63,589 nt of DNA, filler included, from Octopus bimaculoides (GCF_001194135.2; 11 parts of 10 records of this genome joined end to end with filler, not necessarily neighbours in it); one strand, 5' to 3'. Positions 47,490-61,268 are shown, counted from the first letter of the whole stretch. Notes: generated by a model not told the origin, from the letters alone. Numbers and translations are program-made.

Positions 47490-48530
47490 TAGACCAACAT
47501 AAAAACCTCTTAAAGGATAAAAGGCAACATTCACCTCAGTAGGATTTGAATTTAGAGTACAGAGAACTGAAACAAATATCACAAAGCATTTTGTCCTATG
47601 CTCTAATGACTCAGCCATTCCACTGCCTGAAAGTGCTGAAAGGATTAGAATGTTATTATTATTATTTTTTAAGTTAATTTTTATTTGTAGATGTCAAAAA
47701 GGATGCTCTACAGAGCGATGGAGGTGAATTTGAGAAGTACATATTATCTCTGTCTGTTACAAAGGATTTCTAGATAGAAGTGGAAGTCAGCATCTGTGTC
47801 CCTGTTCAGGGTTTCTGAGATGGGAGATGGAAGGAAGTTATTCTGTGACAGGTGATTGACTTAAATGCCTGTAACTAAGAGTATTCCAAAACACATCCAA
47901 AGGCCAGGCAATGGTGCGAAACAAGGAATCAAGTCTACCACCCAAAAGAAAAAAAAAAAAGAACCACCACTCCCATGAGACTTGAACCTTTGAATCTTGT
48001 ATCTATTGCTTTAAGAGATAACTACATTAGATGGTGAATTGGCAGATTCATTAGAGTGTTGGATGGAATACCTCATGGTATTTGTTCTGACCTTCTATGC
48101 TCTGGGATCAAACCCAACCAAGGTCAACTTTGTGTTTCATCCTGTCAAGATGGTGACAAATACTGCAAAGGAGTGCTGAAAAGTTTCCTGCTTTGGCTAA
48201 AAGAAAACACTGGAAGATCAGTTAATTATGATTTCATTCAACATATTCCTCTCTCAGATTCACACACTTATTGCAGCAGTCCTTCAGTTTTTCTAGACCC
48301 TGTAAAGGAACTCGGAAGATTGGACCACCAACCAGGCCTTTCGTGATGCCCTTAAAGCCAAGAACTTTCCTACTCCTCATCATAATTCAGAGTGGTGAAT
48401 TAATGGAACTGTTAGAATGTTGAACCAAATGCCTAGCAGTATTTGTTCTAGTTCTTTGTGTTCTGAGTTCAAATCCTACCAAGACCTGCATGAGTGATAA
48501 GTATAATCAGTTGCACAGTTTACCCCACCT
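47490..48530. mobile_element. Cluster of old tRNA-derived SINE family E copies (47490-47625 minus; 48030-48170 and 48385-48500 plus)
   Basis: GGTGAATTGGCAGA...CTGAGTTCAAATCC heads, homologous to 16665-16740, 33530-33610 and 61990-62195. Confidence 0.65.
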
Positions 48531-51090
48531 GATATCATAAGTATCTACTCTGTGTAAACACATGGACCAAGTCTCTGTTTTGAAGATATTTGCCCTGCTC
48601 CCTCCCACCACTAGTCTTAGAAGCCTTGTAAAGGGTCATGGGCACTGCCTACTCTGCTAATTAAAAAAATGAAAAAAATAAGCTAATGTCTTTACTTCAA
48701 ATTATCATCTATTTTGAGGTGGTGGGGAACTGACTTCATTTAATATATTATCTCAAATTTAGCTATTGTTTTACGAGTAGGTGATGTCTCTGAGTATTTG
48801 ACCTCAGTTTTTTTCTTTTTTTCCTATATATATTTTGTCTGAAATGGCATTGATTATAGAGCTGCTTAAGTTGAAGCTAAACACCACCAGTAATCACTGT
48901 TCCTCCCCAAATTCGTCAATATATTTCACGTTCCTCAGTTTATTCAGCTTACTTTTGCTTATATTGCCCATTCCATCTCCATCCTTCAGCCATATTGTTG
49001 TCCTTGTTTCTCATCAAATTGTCACGGATTCTTTGAATCTATTATCAAAATGTTTCTGTTACTGATGTATGCACCATATAATTTCTTTCACTCTCTAAAG
49101 AGAAAGAAATCCTTTTATATAGACAGAGATAACAGTTCTCTAAATTTCTTCCTACACAATCCAACCTTGCTAACTCATAAACACCAACTTTACCTCCATC
49201 ATTATTACAGTTACTAATGTTATTTATTTGAAAGAAGTCCTGATCAAGCAGACTTATAGTCAAAGATGTTCTTGCCATGTTCATTTCAATTTTTTTTCTT
49301 TTTTTAGATGTACCATAACTAAGGTTGTATTCCTTTTTTTTTTTTAAACAGTATTATGATTTCGAGGAGATTTGGCTACTATTTCTTGCTGGTTTGTGAC
49401 TGCATATAGAATCCCTCATAATACTTTTTTCCCAATCATCAATAAGTTCATTGATAGAATCTATCTGCCACTTCCATTGTTCACAACTGCAGTGATTCTG
49501 AAGCACCAGAAGTCTAGTTTTTCTCTCAGTCTACAAATGAGAAACATGTTATTCACTCTTTATCTAGAGAATTTTTGTAAACTCAGTTATTCTACACTCA
49601 AGACTGAGAACAAAAAAATTTATCTCTAGATTTTCTACTTATCATTAATCTTATTTTTATTTACTCACAACATTTTGAGCCATTCATCCTTATCCAGCTT
49701 TGTCCATGTGTAGGGGACCAAACAAAAGTCTGTTATAGACTATTATAATAGCCTCAGCTCCACAAAGTTAACTGATTCTGTACCTACTCCTCTCAGATAC
49801 CCCTGATCAACTTGTTTCTCCATCTTTCATTATCTTTGTTGCATCCTCACACTAACTACTATTCCCAGTCTTTCTTCTGAAGAACATTGTTCCTCTGGAA
49901 TCTCATCCATGCTCATGTCTTTCTTGCAAGTATTGACTTGCAACAGAACATAAATGGCATCAATCTCACTAGTCTTGGAGGTCCTGCAAGGGGCATGGCT
50001 CTGCCCCTTCCTCCAAATGCAAAGAAGGATCATTTGTTGCTATCAAGTACTTTTATTGCAGTTTTCCAAGTGTAAACTATGTTCTAACAAATTCAATTAT
50101 GTTCAGCACCAATTTCTTTACTCAGAGCAATTATTTGTTATTCTTGGATTTGAGGGATGAGCCAATAGCAATGATTAACAGGTGTTGATCCATTTGTTAA
50201 GTCAATCTAAGCCAAATTATAATGCTCTCATATCTGAGATGGTACTGCTCTTGATGCATATAGAGACATCCTAGACCTCATCCAGAAAAGGGCTTCCCAA
50301 CTGATTGGCACAAAATCACCAACAGCCATTCTCCAGCTGTTGGTACACAGATGCATTGCCTCCTCTCTTTGATTTCTCTCTCACTTTTATTATAGTCTTT
50401 GCTCCTTGGAGCTGGTTGGGTGCATGCCACCTCTACTTGGACATTTCTTTCCCCTACTTCTCTCTTTCTCTCATCACTCTCACTTTGCACTTATCACTAA
50501 ATCTAAGTCAGTGAACAGCTAAAACTAGCTTGGGTGTAAATAGCAAAAGAGTCAAATGAATATTTATTAGCAAAAAGGTTGTTCATAGCTAAGAACCTAC
50601 ATTTTATTATTCGATAGGAGCTACTGAGTTCAAAATAAAAACAATAAAAGCAGACTTTTGAACTATAACCAGAACTTTGAATCTCAAAAAATGTGTGGTA
50701 GTAAATGCTTATTTAAGTAATGATGAACTATCAAGGAAAATTCTAAAAGATTGCATAACATGCAAGAAATAGAAGTCAAATCTCCTTCAAATCACACTAT
50801 AATGTCTGACAAATATCTGAATCCATGACTCATTTAATCCACCACCTTGTGGATTAAATGTGCCATTTCACTTTTGAGTGTCTTTAGAGCAACATACTCT
50901 GTAGTAAGCATTCAGGCCAGTTCTCTGATTTGATGATAACTTCATTAGCTTCCATCCCTCAGTCTTGATGGGATGGGTAAGACTTTAAACTACATCTGGT
51001 GGTGAGGCCTTATTGTGGCAGTTCCAGGATTTTAAGGATTATGAAAGCACCTCTTAGCCACTGTTGTTCCCAGATCTACTCTGACCCAAA

Positions 51091-51368
51091 GCCATAGCAG
51101 AAGACACTTACCAGGGTACCACGCAGTGGGACCGAACTCTGAACCATGTGGTTGGGTAGCAAACTTCTTACCACATGACCACACCCACATGTATATTACG
51201 TAGATATGGTAAAATCCAAGCTGTGTCCTCTTGAAGCACATCTGGTAATTCCAGTATTAGAATCTAATACAAAGATGCTGTTGTTGCATTGATGTAAGAT
51301 ACATATTACAGTTGAAAATTCTAGAAATATTGTTTATTGAGTTATTATATAACAAAAGAGAGGAAGTT
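51091..51368 (+). repeat. Local direct duplication, copy 1 (SINE A head plus flank); copy 2 at 52370-52622
   Basis: Shared SINE variants (CCAGGGTACCACGCAG) and about 170 bp of shared flank (GGTAAAATCCAAGCTGTGTCCTC...ATAACAAAAGAG). Confidence 0.9.
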
Positions 51369-51735
51369 TTGAGTAGATGGAATTTATCAGTCTGGAAGAC
51401 AGACTGTCTAAGAGAAGGAAGCTCCAATATAAAACCACTGCTGCTATGCGAGATGGCGCAAACAAGGCAGATCTCAATTACATATGAGATATCCAGTAGC
51501 CCACTACAACCACCCTGATCAGATCCAGCATGTCACCAATCTCAATGGTACTACTGGTGAAGACATGGTCTACCCTAAACAAAATCACACAAAGATAATC
51601 TGTAACTTGAACAATGAGCCTCTCTGTTTCCTTCTCTTTATCAAGATGAAGAGGCTCACTCACTATATATTTAATGATCAAATACTCAGACACGAGTTAA
51701 TGCTGACAACGAGATATATATGAGTGTGTATCATG

Positions 51736-52056
51736 ATGGCACCTGTGCCCAGCGTCGCCTTCCTGGCACATGTAAAGACATTCGAGCGAGACCGTTGCCA
51801 GTGCCGCTGGACTGGCTCCTGTGCAGGTGGCACGTAAAATACTCCATTTTGAGCATGGCCGTTGCCAGTACTGCCTGACTGGCCTTCATGCCGGTGGCAC
51901 GTAAAAACACCCACTACACTCTCGGATTGTTTGGCGTTAGGAAGGGCATCCAGTTGTAGAAACTCTGCCAAATCAGATTGGAGCCTGGTGTAGCCATCTG
52001 GTTCACCAGTCCTCAGTCAAATCGTCCAACCCATGCTAGCATGGAAAGCGGACGTT
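51736..52056 (+). mobile_element. SINE family C
   Basis: Internal GTGGCACGTAAAA subrepeats and a GCATGGAAAGCGGACGTT tail. Confidence 0.85.
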
Positions 52057-52125
52057 NNNNNNNNNNNNNNNNNNNNNNNNNNNNNNNNNNNNNNNNNNNN
52101 NNNNNNNNNNNNNNNNNNNNNNNNN

Positions 52126-52156
<31 letters not shown>

Positions 52157-52308
52157 AATAACAGAGTAACTCAAGGTTTGAGAGTTTCATGCATTGGCAC
52201 TTATCAAACTGCTTACAGATCAAAGTCCTGTGAGTTTATATTGGTAATGATAAATATATTTCCTTCTGGATTGTTCTTTACATCAACATACCTGTGTGTG
52301 TGTGTATA

Positions 52309-52465
52309 CAAAGGGCTTCTTTCAGTTTCCATCTACTAAATCCACTCTCAAGACTTTGGTCGGCCCAAGGCCATAGCAGAAGACACTTGCCAGGGTACCA
52401 CGCAGTGGGACTGAACTCTGAACCATGTGGTTGGGAAGCAAACTTCTTACCACACAACCACACCA
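52309..52465 (-). mobile_element. SINE family A
   Basis: Complete head and body. Confidence 0.85.
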
Positions 52466-52739
52466 CAGGTATGGTAAAATCCAAGCTGTGTCCTCATCTA
52501 GTAATTTCAGTATTAGAATCTAATACATAGATGCTATCATTGCATTGATGTAAGATACATATTACAGTCGAAAATTCTAGAAATATTGTTTGCTGAGTTA
52601 TTATATAACAAAAGAGGAAGTTGAAAAACATTTGATGTTATTTATTCACCATTACACACATTTCATTTGAGGAATTACAAAGTTTTACATGTTAGATAGA
52701 CGTGTAAAGGAATTTCCTATTAGACAACACAGGACTGGT

Positions 52740-53110
52740 TGATAGAAGTTGATCTAGAGAAATAACTAAAGTTTCTGGCACACGTCACCAGATCTTGCTA
52801 AGACAGGATATCATCTTGATTCTCAGTAAAACAATGCAGCTGGTCCTTCTGGAGTTAACTGTGCCCTGGGGTTTAAGAATAGAGGCAGTTCAGGAGAGGA
52901 AGAAGAACAAGTAACAGGACTTAGCAAAGAACTGCCGTAAGAATGAGTAGAGAATAAGGTTTTTGCTGGTGGAGGTTGGCAGTCAAGTATTTGCAGATCA
53001 TACTCTGAGTAAGGCCTATGAAACTCTGAGCATTTCAGGAGCTCACAGAAGAGCCATCAATAACAATGTAGAGGATGCTGGGGAAATGTCTAGATCAATG
53101 GTTCCCAAAG
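52740..53110 (+). mobile_element. HERO-like REL endonuclease remnant
   Basis: RQDIILILSKTMQLVLLELTVPWG..IEAVQERKKNK*QDL..CR...LLVEVGSQVF...LSISGAHRRAI. Confidence 0.8.
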
Positions 53111-53611
53111 TGGATGGTACTGCACCTTTGGGGGGGGGGGGTCCAAAGGGGTGCTGAAGAAAAATGGAGGTGATAATAGGGTGACCAAAAGGGGGAAATG
53201 GATGCAAAAACAACAAAATAATGGGTTAATTAGGTTAAGTTTTATTTGTGAAATACAGTTGTTTTGAATTTACTTCAGAAAGTGGTCTATGTTTGTGGTG
53301 GTAAGTAAAGTGGGGTGCTAGGAATGTGGTCCAGGTGCCAAAGTGGCAGCAGCCCAATATAGTTTGGGAACCACTGGCCAAGATGGATCTGACTGAAAAG
53401 AGTCAGTGAGGTCAGTAGAATGCCACTTGGTCAAGGGCCTAGGCTTGATCAACCTAGATCAGATCACCTGGATGTGTGTGCATATGTATGTATGTGTGTG
53501 TGTGTGTGTATATATATATATGTGTGTGTGTGTGTATACACATGTATGTATATATATATATATGTGTGTGTGTGTACATTATATATATATATATATTTAT
53601 ATATATACATA

Positions 53612-54082
53612 CAGGGTAAATTGTCGCCATTTATATTTTTAATTTTGCTCATGTGCATTGTTTGTTTTTGATTTTGTTGACTACACACTATAGTAGGATC
53701 AGTTGGGCACCATCTGTGAGAAAAACAGCACCATGACACAATTCACTCTGCCAGAAATTTGGAAACAACATATACTGCATTGCATTCATGCTGGAAGCTC
53801 CCATACGAATATTTCAGAGTGTTTGGGTGTCAATCTGAAGACAGTGCAATCTGAGGACATGTACCAAGAGTGATAAAAATCAAACATCCAGTCAACATCA
53901 TTGTGTTTGGAGTGATCGCTAGTGATTGCAACATTATGCTTCCATTTATCTTCCCACATGGTCTCAGACTCAATATGGAGGCCTACATTAAGTGCCTAGA
54001 GGAGATAGTGCTGCCCTGGGTCAGAGGGTGGCTACAGGAAGACTCTATGTCTGGCAACAGGACTCTGCACCATGCCACACAG
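53612..54082 (+). mobile_element. Tc1/mariner element 5' part with internal deletion
   Basis: TA-CAGGG terminus, MTQFTLPEIWK...ISECLGVNLKTVQ, then KHPVNIIVFGVIASD..MLPFIFPHG...LYVWQQDSAPCHT. Confidence 0.85.
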
Positions 54083-54899
54083 TTTCTCTCTTCCAAGGCT
54101 TCCAGGACTATAGTGGAACTGAACCTGGGATTGGGAATGGAAAGCAAACTTCGTACCATACTGCCATGCCTGTGCCTATGTTGAATTTATCATATTACAG
54201 TATATTGTGTAATATATTATGTAATATATTACAAAATGTAGACATAAAAAAATCAGTAATAACATAGGTTTATTTGATTACATTGAATAAAAATGTGAGC
54301 CATAACATTCGGTAATGGATTGCAACAAGTGCAATATATTTTCTGTGAGACGTAATAAATCAATCATGAAATTTTAAAAGTTGCGATTTACTGGTTCCCC
54401 CTTCATTTCATCACACCATAGAAAAATTTGAAAAGCTGGGACTCAGGCATATTCTCTTACACACCATTCTTTTAAATTTCCTTTTCAATTGATTCACAAA
54501 TTCATATGGATCTCTTTTATAACATTAATCATCAAAATTTTGGAAAATTTTGTTAGTAAAGGAGTAAGGTGGAAAATTTTTTAAATATTTTTGATAATTG
54601 AATTTCTAATGTTTCAAACATGGAAATTCAAAGACTATCTTGAAAAAAAAAAATATTTTAAAGTTGGAAGGCAGGAGGCATGATTTACTTATTTTGAAGT
54701 AATAACTCATTTGTTCCTGTAAATCAAGAAAACCAAATTAGGTTTTCATGTTCCACATTATTGCTCTTCCCAATTTGAATTATGGTACTTTCTTTCATTT
54801 TCCTCAAAACTTGACTGGTACTATATTTTATTAACACTGAAAGGATTTGAACTCAGAGCATAAAGGGCCATAACAGAACATCACATGACAGCAGTATTG

Positions 54900-55287
54900 T
54901 TTTTTGTTGGCACTCCGTCGTTTACGACGTCGAGGGTTCCAGTTGATCCGATCAACAGAACATCCTGCTCATGAAATTAACGTGCAAGTGGCTGAGCACT
55001 CCACAGACACGTGTACCCTTAGCATAGTTCTCGGGGATATTCAGCGTGACACAGTGTGACAAGGCTGACCCTTTGAATTACAGGCACAACAAAAACAAGA
55101 CATAAGAGTGAGAGAAAGTTGTGGTGAAAGAGTACAGCAGGGTTCGCCACCATCCCCTGCTGGAGCCTCGTGGAACTTTAGGTGTTTTCGCTCAATAAAC
55201 ACTCACAACGCCCAGTCTGGGAATCGAAACCGCGATCTTATGACCGTGAGTCCACTGCCCTAACCACTGGGCCATTGCACCTCCACT
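54900..55287 (-). mobile_element. tRNA-derived SINE family D
   Basis: Minus head with A box TGGCCCAGTGG and B box GGTTTCGATTCC. Confidence 0.85.
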
Positions 55288-56087
55288 CATGACAGCAGTA
55301 ACAATTCAGTTAATCCAGTGTCGTGGTGGTGGTTACCTGGGTGCTGGATAATTTGGTTTGGGTGCATGCTGCTCCCAAATAAAACCAACCACAATATTTG
55401 AATTTTATTAACTTGTCTATTTACAGATTGATGATACAACCATTACTTTGTAAAAAGGATGTTATACTGAATATTAGTTGCTAGTGTATGAGAATGTGAG
55501 CTTTCTGAGAGGTGAAAATGTTATGTGTTTGTGCTTAGTAATGATCCTTTTAATACAAGATTGGAGCAACACAATTTCAGGCTAAGAAAGCCTTTATGAA
55601 TCCTCTGCCTTGTATTTCCTGCACATCTCAATTTATAGCCATCATTTAGCATGAAATCGCATAGAATTTGCCATTAATCTTGACAACACACAACTGCAAT
55701 TTGCTGAAATATGGGCCAATATCACCTGATAAGGATAGTTGCCACCAAATATGGAAACTTGATATGGCTTTTTTTCATAACTCAACAGACAGGGTTTTGA
55801 ACATTGAGTACTGCTGCATCATCTTTCTCACTCTTTGACCAATGAAAATGGTAAATCAATTTATTCTACTTTTGAACTCAGTAGTATATCTGGCTTTCTC
55901 CTCTTGTCACTCTTCATTCTCTCCTCTCTCACTCTTTCTTTCTCTCTTTCTCCCACCCTCCTTCTTTCCCTCCCCCCTCCATCCCTCCATCACTCTATCT
56001 ATCTTTCTCTCTGTTGTAGTATTCTAACTTTTTTATTTCACTCGCTCTCTCAATTTTCTCATAGAAGCTTATAACTTGCTATCATTA

Positions 56088-56121
<34 letters not shown>

Positions 56122-56669
56122 ACTACATTTCTCTCCCCTCTACTGCTTTTCATTTAGCATCTTTGTTTTCTGTCTCCCTATTTCTCTTTTCCAGCTTCTG
56201 AGTATGAGTGCGCACGTGCACGCACACACACACACATTATACAGTCACACTCACTGCACACAGTTCACATAGTAATATCCAATCTTATAATATATATATT
56301 GTTTCAGATATGTTATATGAATAAATTCTGCTTTTGTTTTTTTTGTTTTTTTTTGTTATCTTTTTTAAAATTTAGATTCAAAATAAAAAGGAAAATATTT
56401 CACTGTATTTTTAATATTTTTACAGATTATTCTGTTGGATATGTTTTAGAAGTGAATTCAATTTGTTTGATGGCTAACCTAAGATTGAACTACAAATAAA
56501 CATTGACATTTAAATAATGCATTTGCACAAATACAAATAGTATAGTGAAGAAGATAAAAATATGAATATGCAGAGGGACTTGAAGAAATATCTTGTTAAT
56601 GTGAAGGTGTGGTTATCATTATACTACAAATCCACAGCAAAATCATGTCGTAAAATATTTATATAGAAG

Positions 56670-56915
56670 ATGATATAGTGGTGGAATGGTGTGCTAGATA
56701 GAGCCATAAAAGCTAAGAAACAGGCCTGGGAAGATTGAAAGAATGAAGAAGCAAGGAAGAATATTATGCTATTACAAGTGAAGCTGCACATCAGATATAC
56801 ATAGCACAGAGAGAAGCTGAAAGCAAGGTATTTGTAACTGTTGTGTGACAAGAAGATCACAGGGATGAAGTGGCTCAGTTTGTAAAGTAGAGTGTCTGCA
56901 GGCATCAAGGCTGTG
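56670..56915 (+). mobile_element. RTE-clade LINE linker fragment
   Basis: WWNGVLDRAIKAKKQAWED*K...EAAHQIYIAQREAE...EDHRDEV. Confidence 0.7.
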
Positions 56916-57138
56916 TCATCATCATCGTTTAACGTCCGCTTTCCATGCTAGCATGGGTTGGACGATTTGACTGAGGACTGGTGAAACCGGATGGCAACAC
57001 CAGGCTCCAGTCTGATTTGGCAGAGTTTCTACAGCTGGATGCCCTTCCTAACGCCAACCACTCAGAGAGTGTAGTGGGTGCTTTTACGTGTCACCCGCAC
57101 GAAAACGGCCACGCTCGAAATGGTGTCTTTTATGTGCC
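56916..57138 (-). mobile_element. SINE family C (runs into gap)
   Basis: 221 of 223 bases identical to 59456-59678. Confidence 0.9.
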
Positions 57139-57239
57139 NNNNNNNNNNNNNNNNNNNNNNNNNNNNNNNNNNNNNNNNNNNNTTAATTAATTAANNNNNN
57201 NNNNNNNNNNNNNNNNNNNNNNNNNNNNNNNNNNNNNNG

Positions 57240-57375
57240 ATGATAGGAATGTGAATGACGATGATGATGATGATGACGATGACGATGATGATGGTGATGA
57301 TGATGGGGGTAATAATCACCATACGGCTGCAGCTGATACCACTAATGTTAATGATGGCACCGATGATGATGATGG

Positions 57376-57406
<31 letters not shown>

Positions 57407-57582
57407 GATGATGGCGATGATGAGGAATTTGACGATGATGCCGTTTGTAACGGTGATGGTGATGCTGTGGATGATGGGAGATGATATGATTAATAATTTT
57501 GGTGAATATGAAGATGATGTTGATGATGATGATGATGATGATGATAACGATGAGAAAGAGAATGTAAGGTTTGTGTTGCTGG

Positions 57583-57635
<53 letters not shown>

Positions 57636-57655
57636 GTGATGGTGATGTTGATGAC
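57240..57655. repeat. (GAT/GGT)n tract
   Basis: Visible; explains the Asp-rich and Met-rich ORFs. Confidence 0.95.
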
Positions 57656-58739
57656 GGTTAAGCGGGCAGGGATGGTGTCGGTGACGCTGCTACAAACTGT
57701 TGCAGATATTAAAGCTTTGTTAATGAGCTCTCATTGTGATCCCTCGGCTTCGTTGGGAGTGGTAGAGGGGAGTGAGGGNNNNNNNNNNNNNNNNNNNNNN
57801 NNNNNNNNNNNNNNNNNNNNNNNNNNNNNNNNNNNNNNNNNNNNNNNNNNNNNNNNNNNNNNNNNNNNNNNNNNNNNNNNNNNNNNNNNNNNNNNNNNNN
57901 NNNNNNNNNNNNNNNNNNNNNNNNNNNNNNNNNNNNNNNNNNNNNNNNNNNNNNNNNNNNNNNNNNNNNNNNNNNNNNNNNNNNNNNNNNNNNNNNNNNN
58001 NNNNNNNNNNNNNNNNNNNNNNNNNNNNNNNNNNNNNNNNNNNNNNNNNNNNNNNNNNNNNNNNNNNNNNNNNNNNNNNNNNNNNNNNNNNNNNNNNNNN
58101 NNNNNNNNNNNNNNNNNNNNNNNNNNNNNNNNNNNNNNNNNNNNNNNNNNNNNNNNNNNNNNNNNNNNNNNNNNNNNNNNNNNNNNNNNNNNNNNNNNNN
58201 NNNNNNNNNNNNNNNNNNNNNNNNNNNNNNNNNNNNNNNNNNNNNNNNNNNNNNNNNNNNNNNNNNNNNNNNNNNNNNNNNNNNNNNNNNNNNNNNNNNN
58301 NNNNNNNNNNNNNNNNNNNNNNNNNNNNNNNNNNNNNNNNNNNNNNNNNNNNNNNNNNNNNNNNNNNNNNNNNNNNNNNNNNNNNNNNNNNNNNNNNNNN
58401 NNNNNNNNNNNNNNNNNNNNNNNNNNNNNNNNNNNNNNNNNNNNNNNNNNNNNNNNNNNNNNNNNNNNNNNNNNNNNNNNNNNNNNNNNNNNNNNNNNNN
58501 NNNNNNNNNNNNNNNNNNNNNNNNNNNNNNNNNNNNNNNNNNNNNNNNNNNNNNNNNNNNNNNNNNNNNNNNNNNNNNNNNNNNNNNNNNNNNNNNNNNN
58601 NNNNNNNNNNNNNNNNNNNNNNNNNNNNNNNNNNNNNNNNNNNNNNNNNNNNNNNNNNNNNNNNNNNNNNNNNNNNNNNNNNNNNNNNNNNNNNNNNNNN
58701 NNNNNNNNNNNNNNNNNNNNNNNNNNNNNNNNNNNNNNN

Positions 58740-58774
<35 letters not shown>

Positions 58775-58777
<3 letters not shown>

Positions 58778-58941
58778 TCGACGGTCTTCTTTCAGTTTCC
58801 GTGTACCAAATCTACTCGTAAGGCTTTCGTCGACCTGGGACTATAGTAGATGACACTTGCCCAAGGTAGCACGCAGTGGGACTGAAACCGGAACCATGTG
58901 GCTGGGAAGTAAACTTGTTACCACACAGCCAGTCCTGCGCC
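58775..58941 (-). mobile_element. SINE family A
   Basis: Complete head and body followed by (CA)n and a gap. Confidence 0.85.
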
Positions 58942-59069
58942 TATAATATGTGGAAAAAATTTAAATAAGTATATACGGTATTGGTTGGGGATCTAAGATA
59001 TCCTTGCTTTTCCCTCTCTCTGTCTCTCCCTCTCTCTCACTCTGTACACAAACACCCAAACACACGTAC

Positions 59070-59154
59070 TGGTAGATTTGTCTTAGGGGCTCCTTTCAGG
59101 TGAGACCTGTAGTGATCCTTCTTCACAGACGGCGGATCTTGGGCATTGAATGAC
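59070..59154 (-). CDS. Candidate internal exon, 85 nt (124 nt from an alternative acceptor at 59193)
   Basis: gttctttcAG|G acceptor and GTACGT donor, with one open frame SFNAQDPPSVKKDHYRSHLKGAPKTNLP. About 50% GC; no homolog recognised. Confidence 0.3.
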
Positions 59155-59409
59155 CTGAAAGAACGCCATGATTTGCCAGATGCTTTTGCCATGCTTTGAG
59201 TGCCGGCAAAAAAAAGTGAGAGAGAAGGAGAGAGATAGAGAGCGGGACAGGGATTGAAAAAGAAGAAGAAGAGAGAGAGAGAGAGAGAGAGNNNNNNNNN
59301 NNNNNNNNNNNNNNNNNNNNNNNNNNNNNNNNNNNTTAATTAATTAANNNNNNNNNNNNNNNNNNNNNNNNNNNNNNNNNNNNNNNNNNNNATACACACA
59401 CATGTAGAC

Positions 59410-59442
<33 letters not shown>

Positions 59443-59452
59443 CATATATATA

Positions 59453-59733
59453 TCATCATCATCATCGTTTAACGTCCGCTTTCCATGCTAGCATGGGTTG
59501 GACGATTTGACTGAGGACTGGTGAAACTGGATGGCAACACCAGGCTCCAGTCTAATTTGGCAGAGTTTCTACAGCTGGATGCCCTTCCTAACGCCAACCA
59601 CTCAGAGAGTGTAGTGGGTGCTTTTACGTGTCACCCGCACGAAAACGGCCACGCTCGAAATGGTGTCTTTTATGTGCCACCCGCACAAGAGCCAGTCCAG
59701 GGGCACTGGCAACGATCTCGCTCGAAAATGGCA
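59453..59733 (-). mobile_element. SINE family C
   Basis: Homologous to 51736-52056 with an internal deletion. Confidence 0.9.
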
Positions 59734-59773
59734 ATATATATATATATATATATATGTACGTATTATATGTATG

Positions 59774-59807
<34 letters not shown>

Positions 59808-60338
59808 ATATATGTATGTATGTATGTATGTATATATGTATATTCTGGATGTTTGATGTTGACATAAGCTTTCTCTCTCTACATTACTCTCTCTCTCTCT
59901 CTCTTGGACAAAGCAGCGGCATAGACGGGCAATTGCAAAAAGTGAATTTCTAACTTAACATGTGTATAAACAAAGTAGGCTATACATATGTATGTACGTA
60001 CGTACATAAATATGTATGTATATGTATGTGTATGCGTGTGTGTGTGTATATATATATATATGTGTGTGTGTATGTGACTGTGTGTGTGTGTATATGTATG
60101 TATATATATACATGCGTATGTGTGTGTATCTATCTATACTTATATTTACATATATATATACAAAATAATGTAATATATATATAAACATATATACACGACG
60201 ACATACAAATATATATATATATATACTTATAGATATATAAATCTATTTGTGAGGGTGTATGTGTAAATACATTTTTATGTGTGTATGTATGTATATATAT
60301 ATGTGTAGATATATATATATGTATGTATGCATGTGTGC

Positions 60339-60381
<43 letters not shown>

Positions 60382-60402
60382 AGGAGTATGTAGGATGCTT
60401 AC

Positions 60403-60543
60403 AAAGCTAATCACAGGTATATTTAAGCTGTTTATCAGTTCATTGATGGAGTTGAATAACGTAAAGATAACAGCATCGTTAATTGATGGCGATTCAGTTT
60501 CACAAACGGACCGAATAACCTTGGACGCCGGACCCAAACACAC
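60403..60543 (-). CDS. Candidate phase 0-0 exon, 141 nt
   Basis: ttttAG|VCLGPASKVIRSVCETESPSINDAVIFTLFNSINELINSLNIPVISF|GTAAGC. The donor is strong, but upstream of the acceptor is purine-rich. Confidence 0.35.
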
Positions 60544-60742
60544 CTAAAACCTGGCTTCTTAATTGTCATATCGCATATCACATCGCACTCCTCCTCCCTC
60601 TTGCTCCCCCCCCCCGCTTTCTCTCTCTCTTGCTGTGTGTCAGAAATTTGTGTGTGTATATGTGTATATATATGCACACATATGCATGTTTATACATATG
60701 TATGTATGTATATATATATATATATATATAAGCATATACATC

Positions 60743-60791
<49 letters not shown>

Positions 60792-61219
60792 GTATATATA
60801 CATACACACACACACACACATATATACTTGTATATGTGTAAGTGTATCTGTGTTTTATAATTTCTTTCGCAGTTGTATTGTCAAAGTGGTAAAGGCCATC
60901 ATAAGAGCAAAATTTAAGGGCTCTATTCCCACAGGTGCTAAATGACCCCTTTTTATGTGTATACTATATGTGTATATATATACTCCTTTTTATATTCTAA
61001 AGTAACCCATGCCCTTATGGTGAGGTATGCAATTATAGTAATGATGATGATGATTTAGTGCAACTTATTATCATTGTATTTTAGTACAAGAAAGATCTCA
61101 TTGTAATAACAACAATAAGCCTTATAAGATATATAAGTGTGTGTATATATGTGGGTCTCTCTATCTCTCTCTCTATCTGTCTATTAGTTTTACTATCTAT
61201 GTATCTATTAATCTACCTC

Positions 61220-61268
<49 letters not shown>

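Noticed and set aside
49830-51620. Faint RTE-like peptide traces on the minus strand (DAIYVL, YQQLE, GDMLD/GGCS)
   Set aside because: The motifs are too degraded and out of domain order to annotate.
57251-58853. Asp-rich and Met-rich ORFs resembling biomineralisation proteins
   Set aside because: (GAT)n microsatellite read in different frames and extended through Ns.
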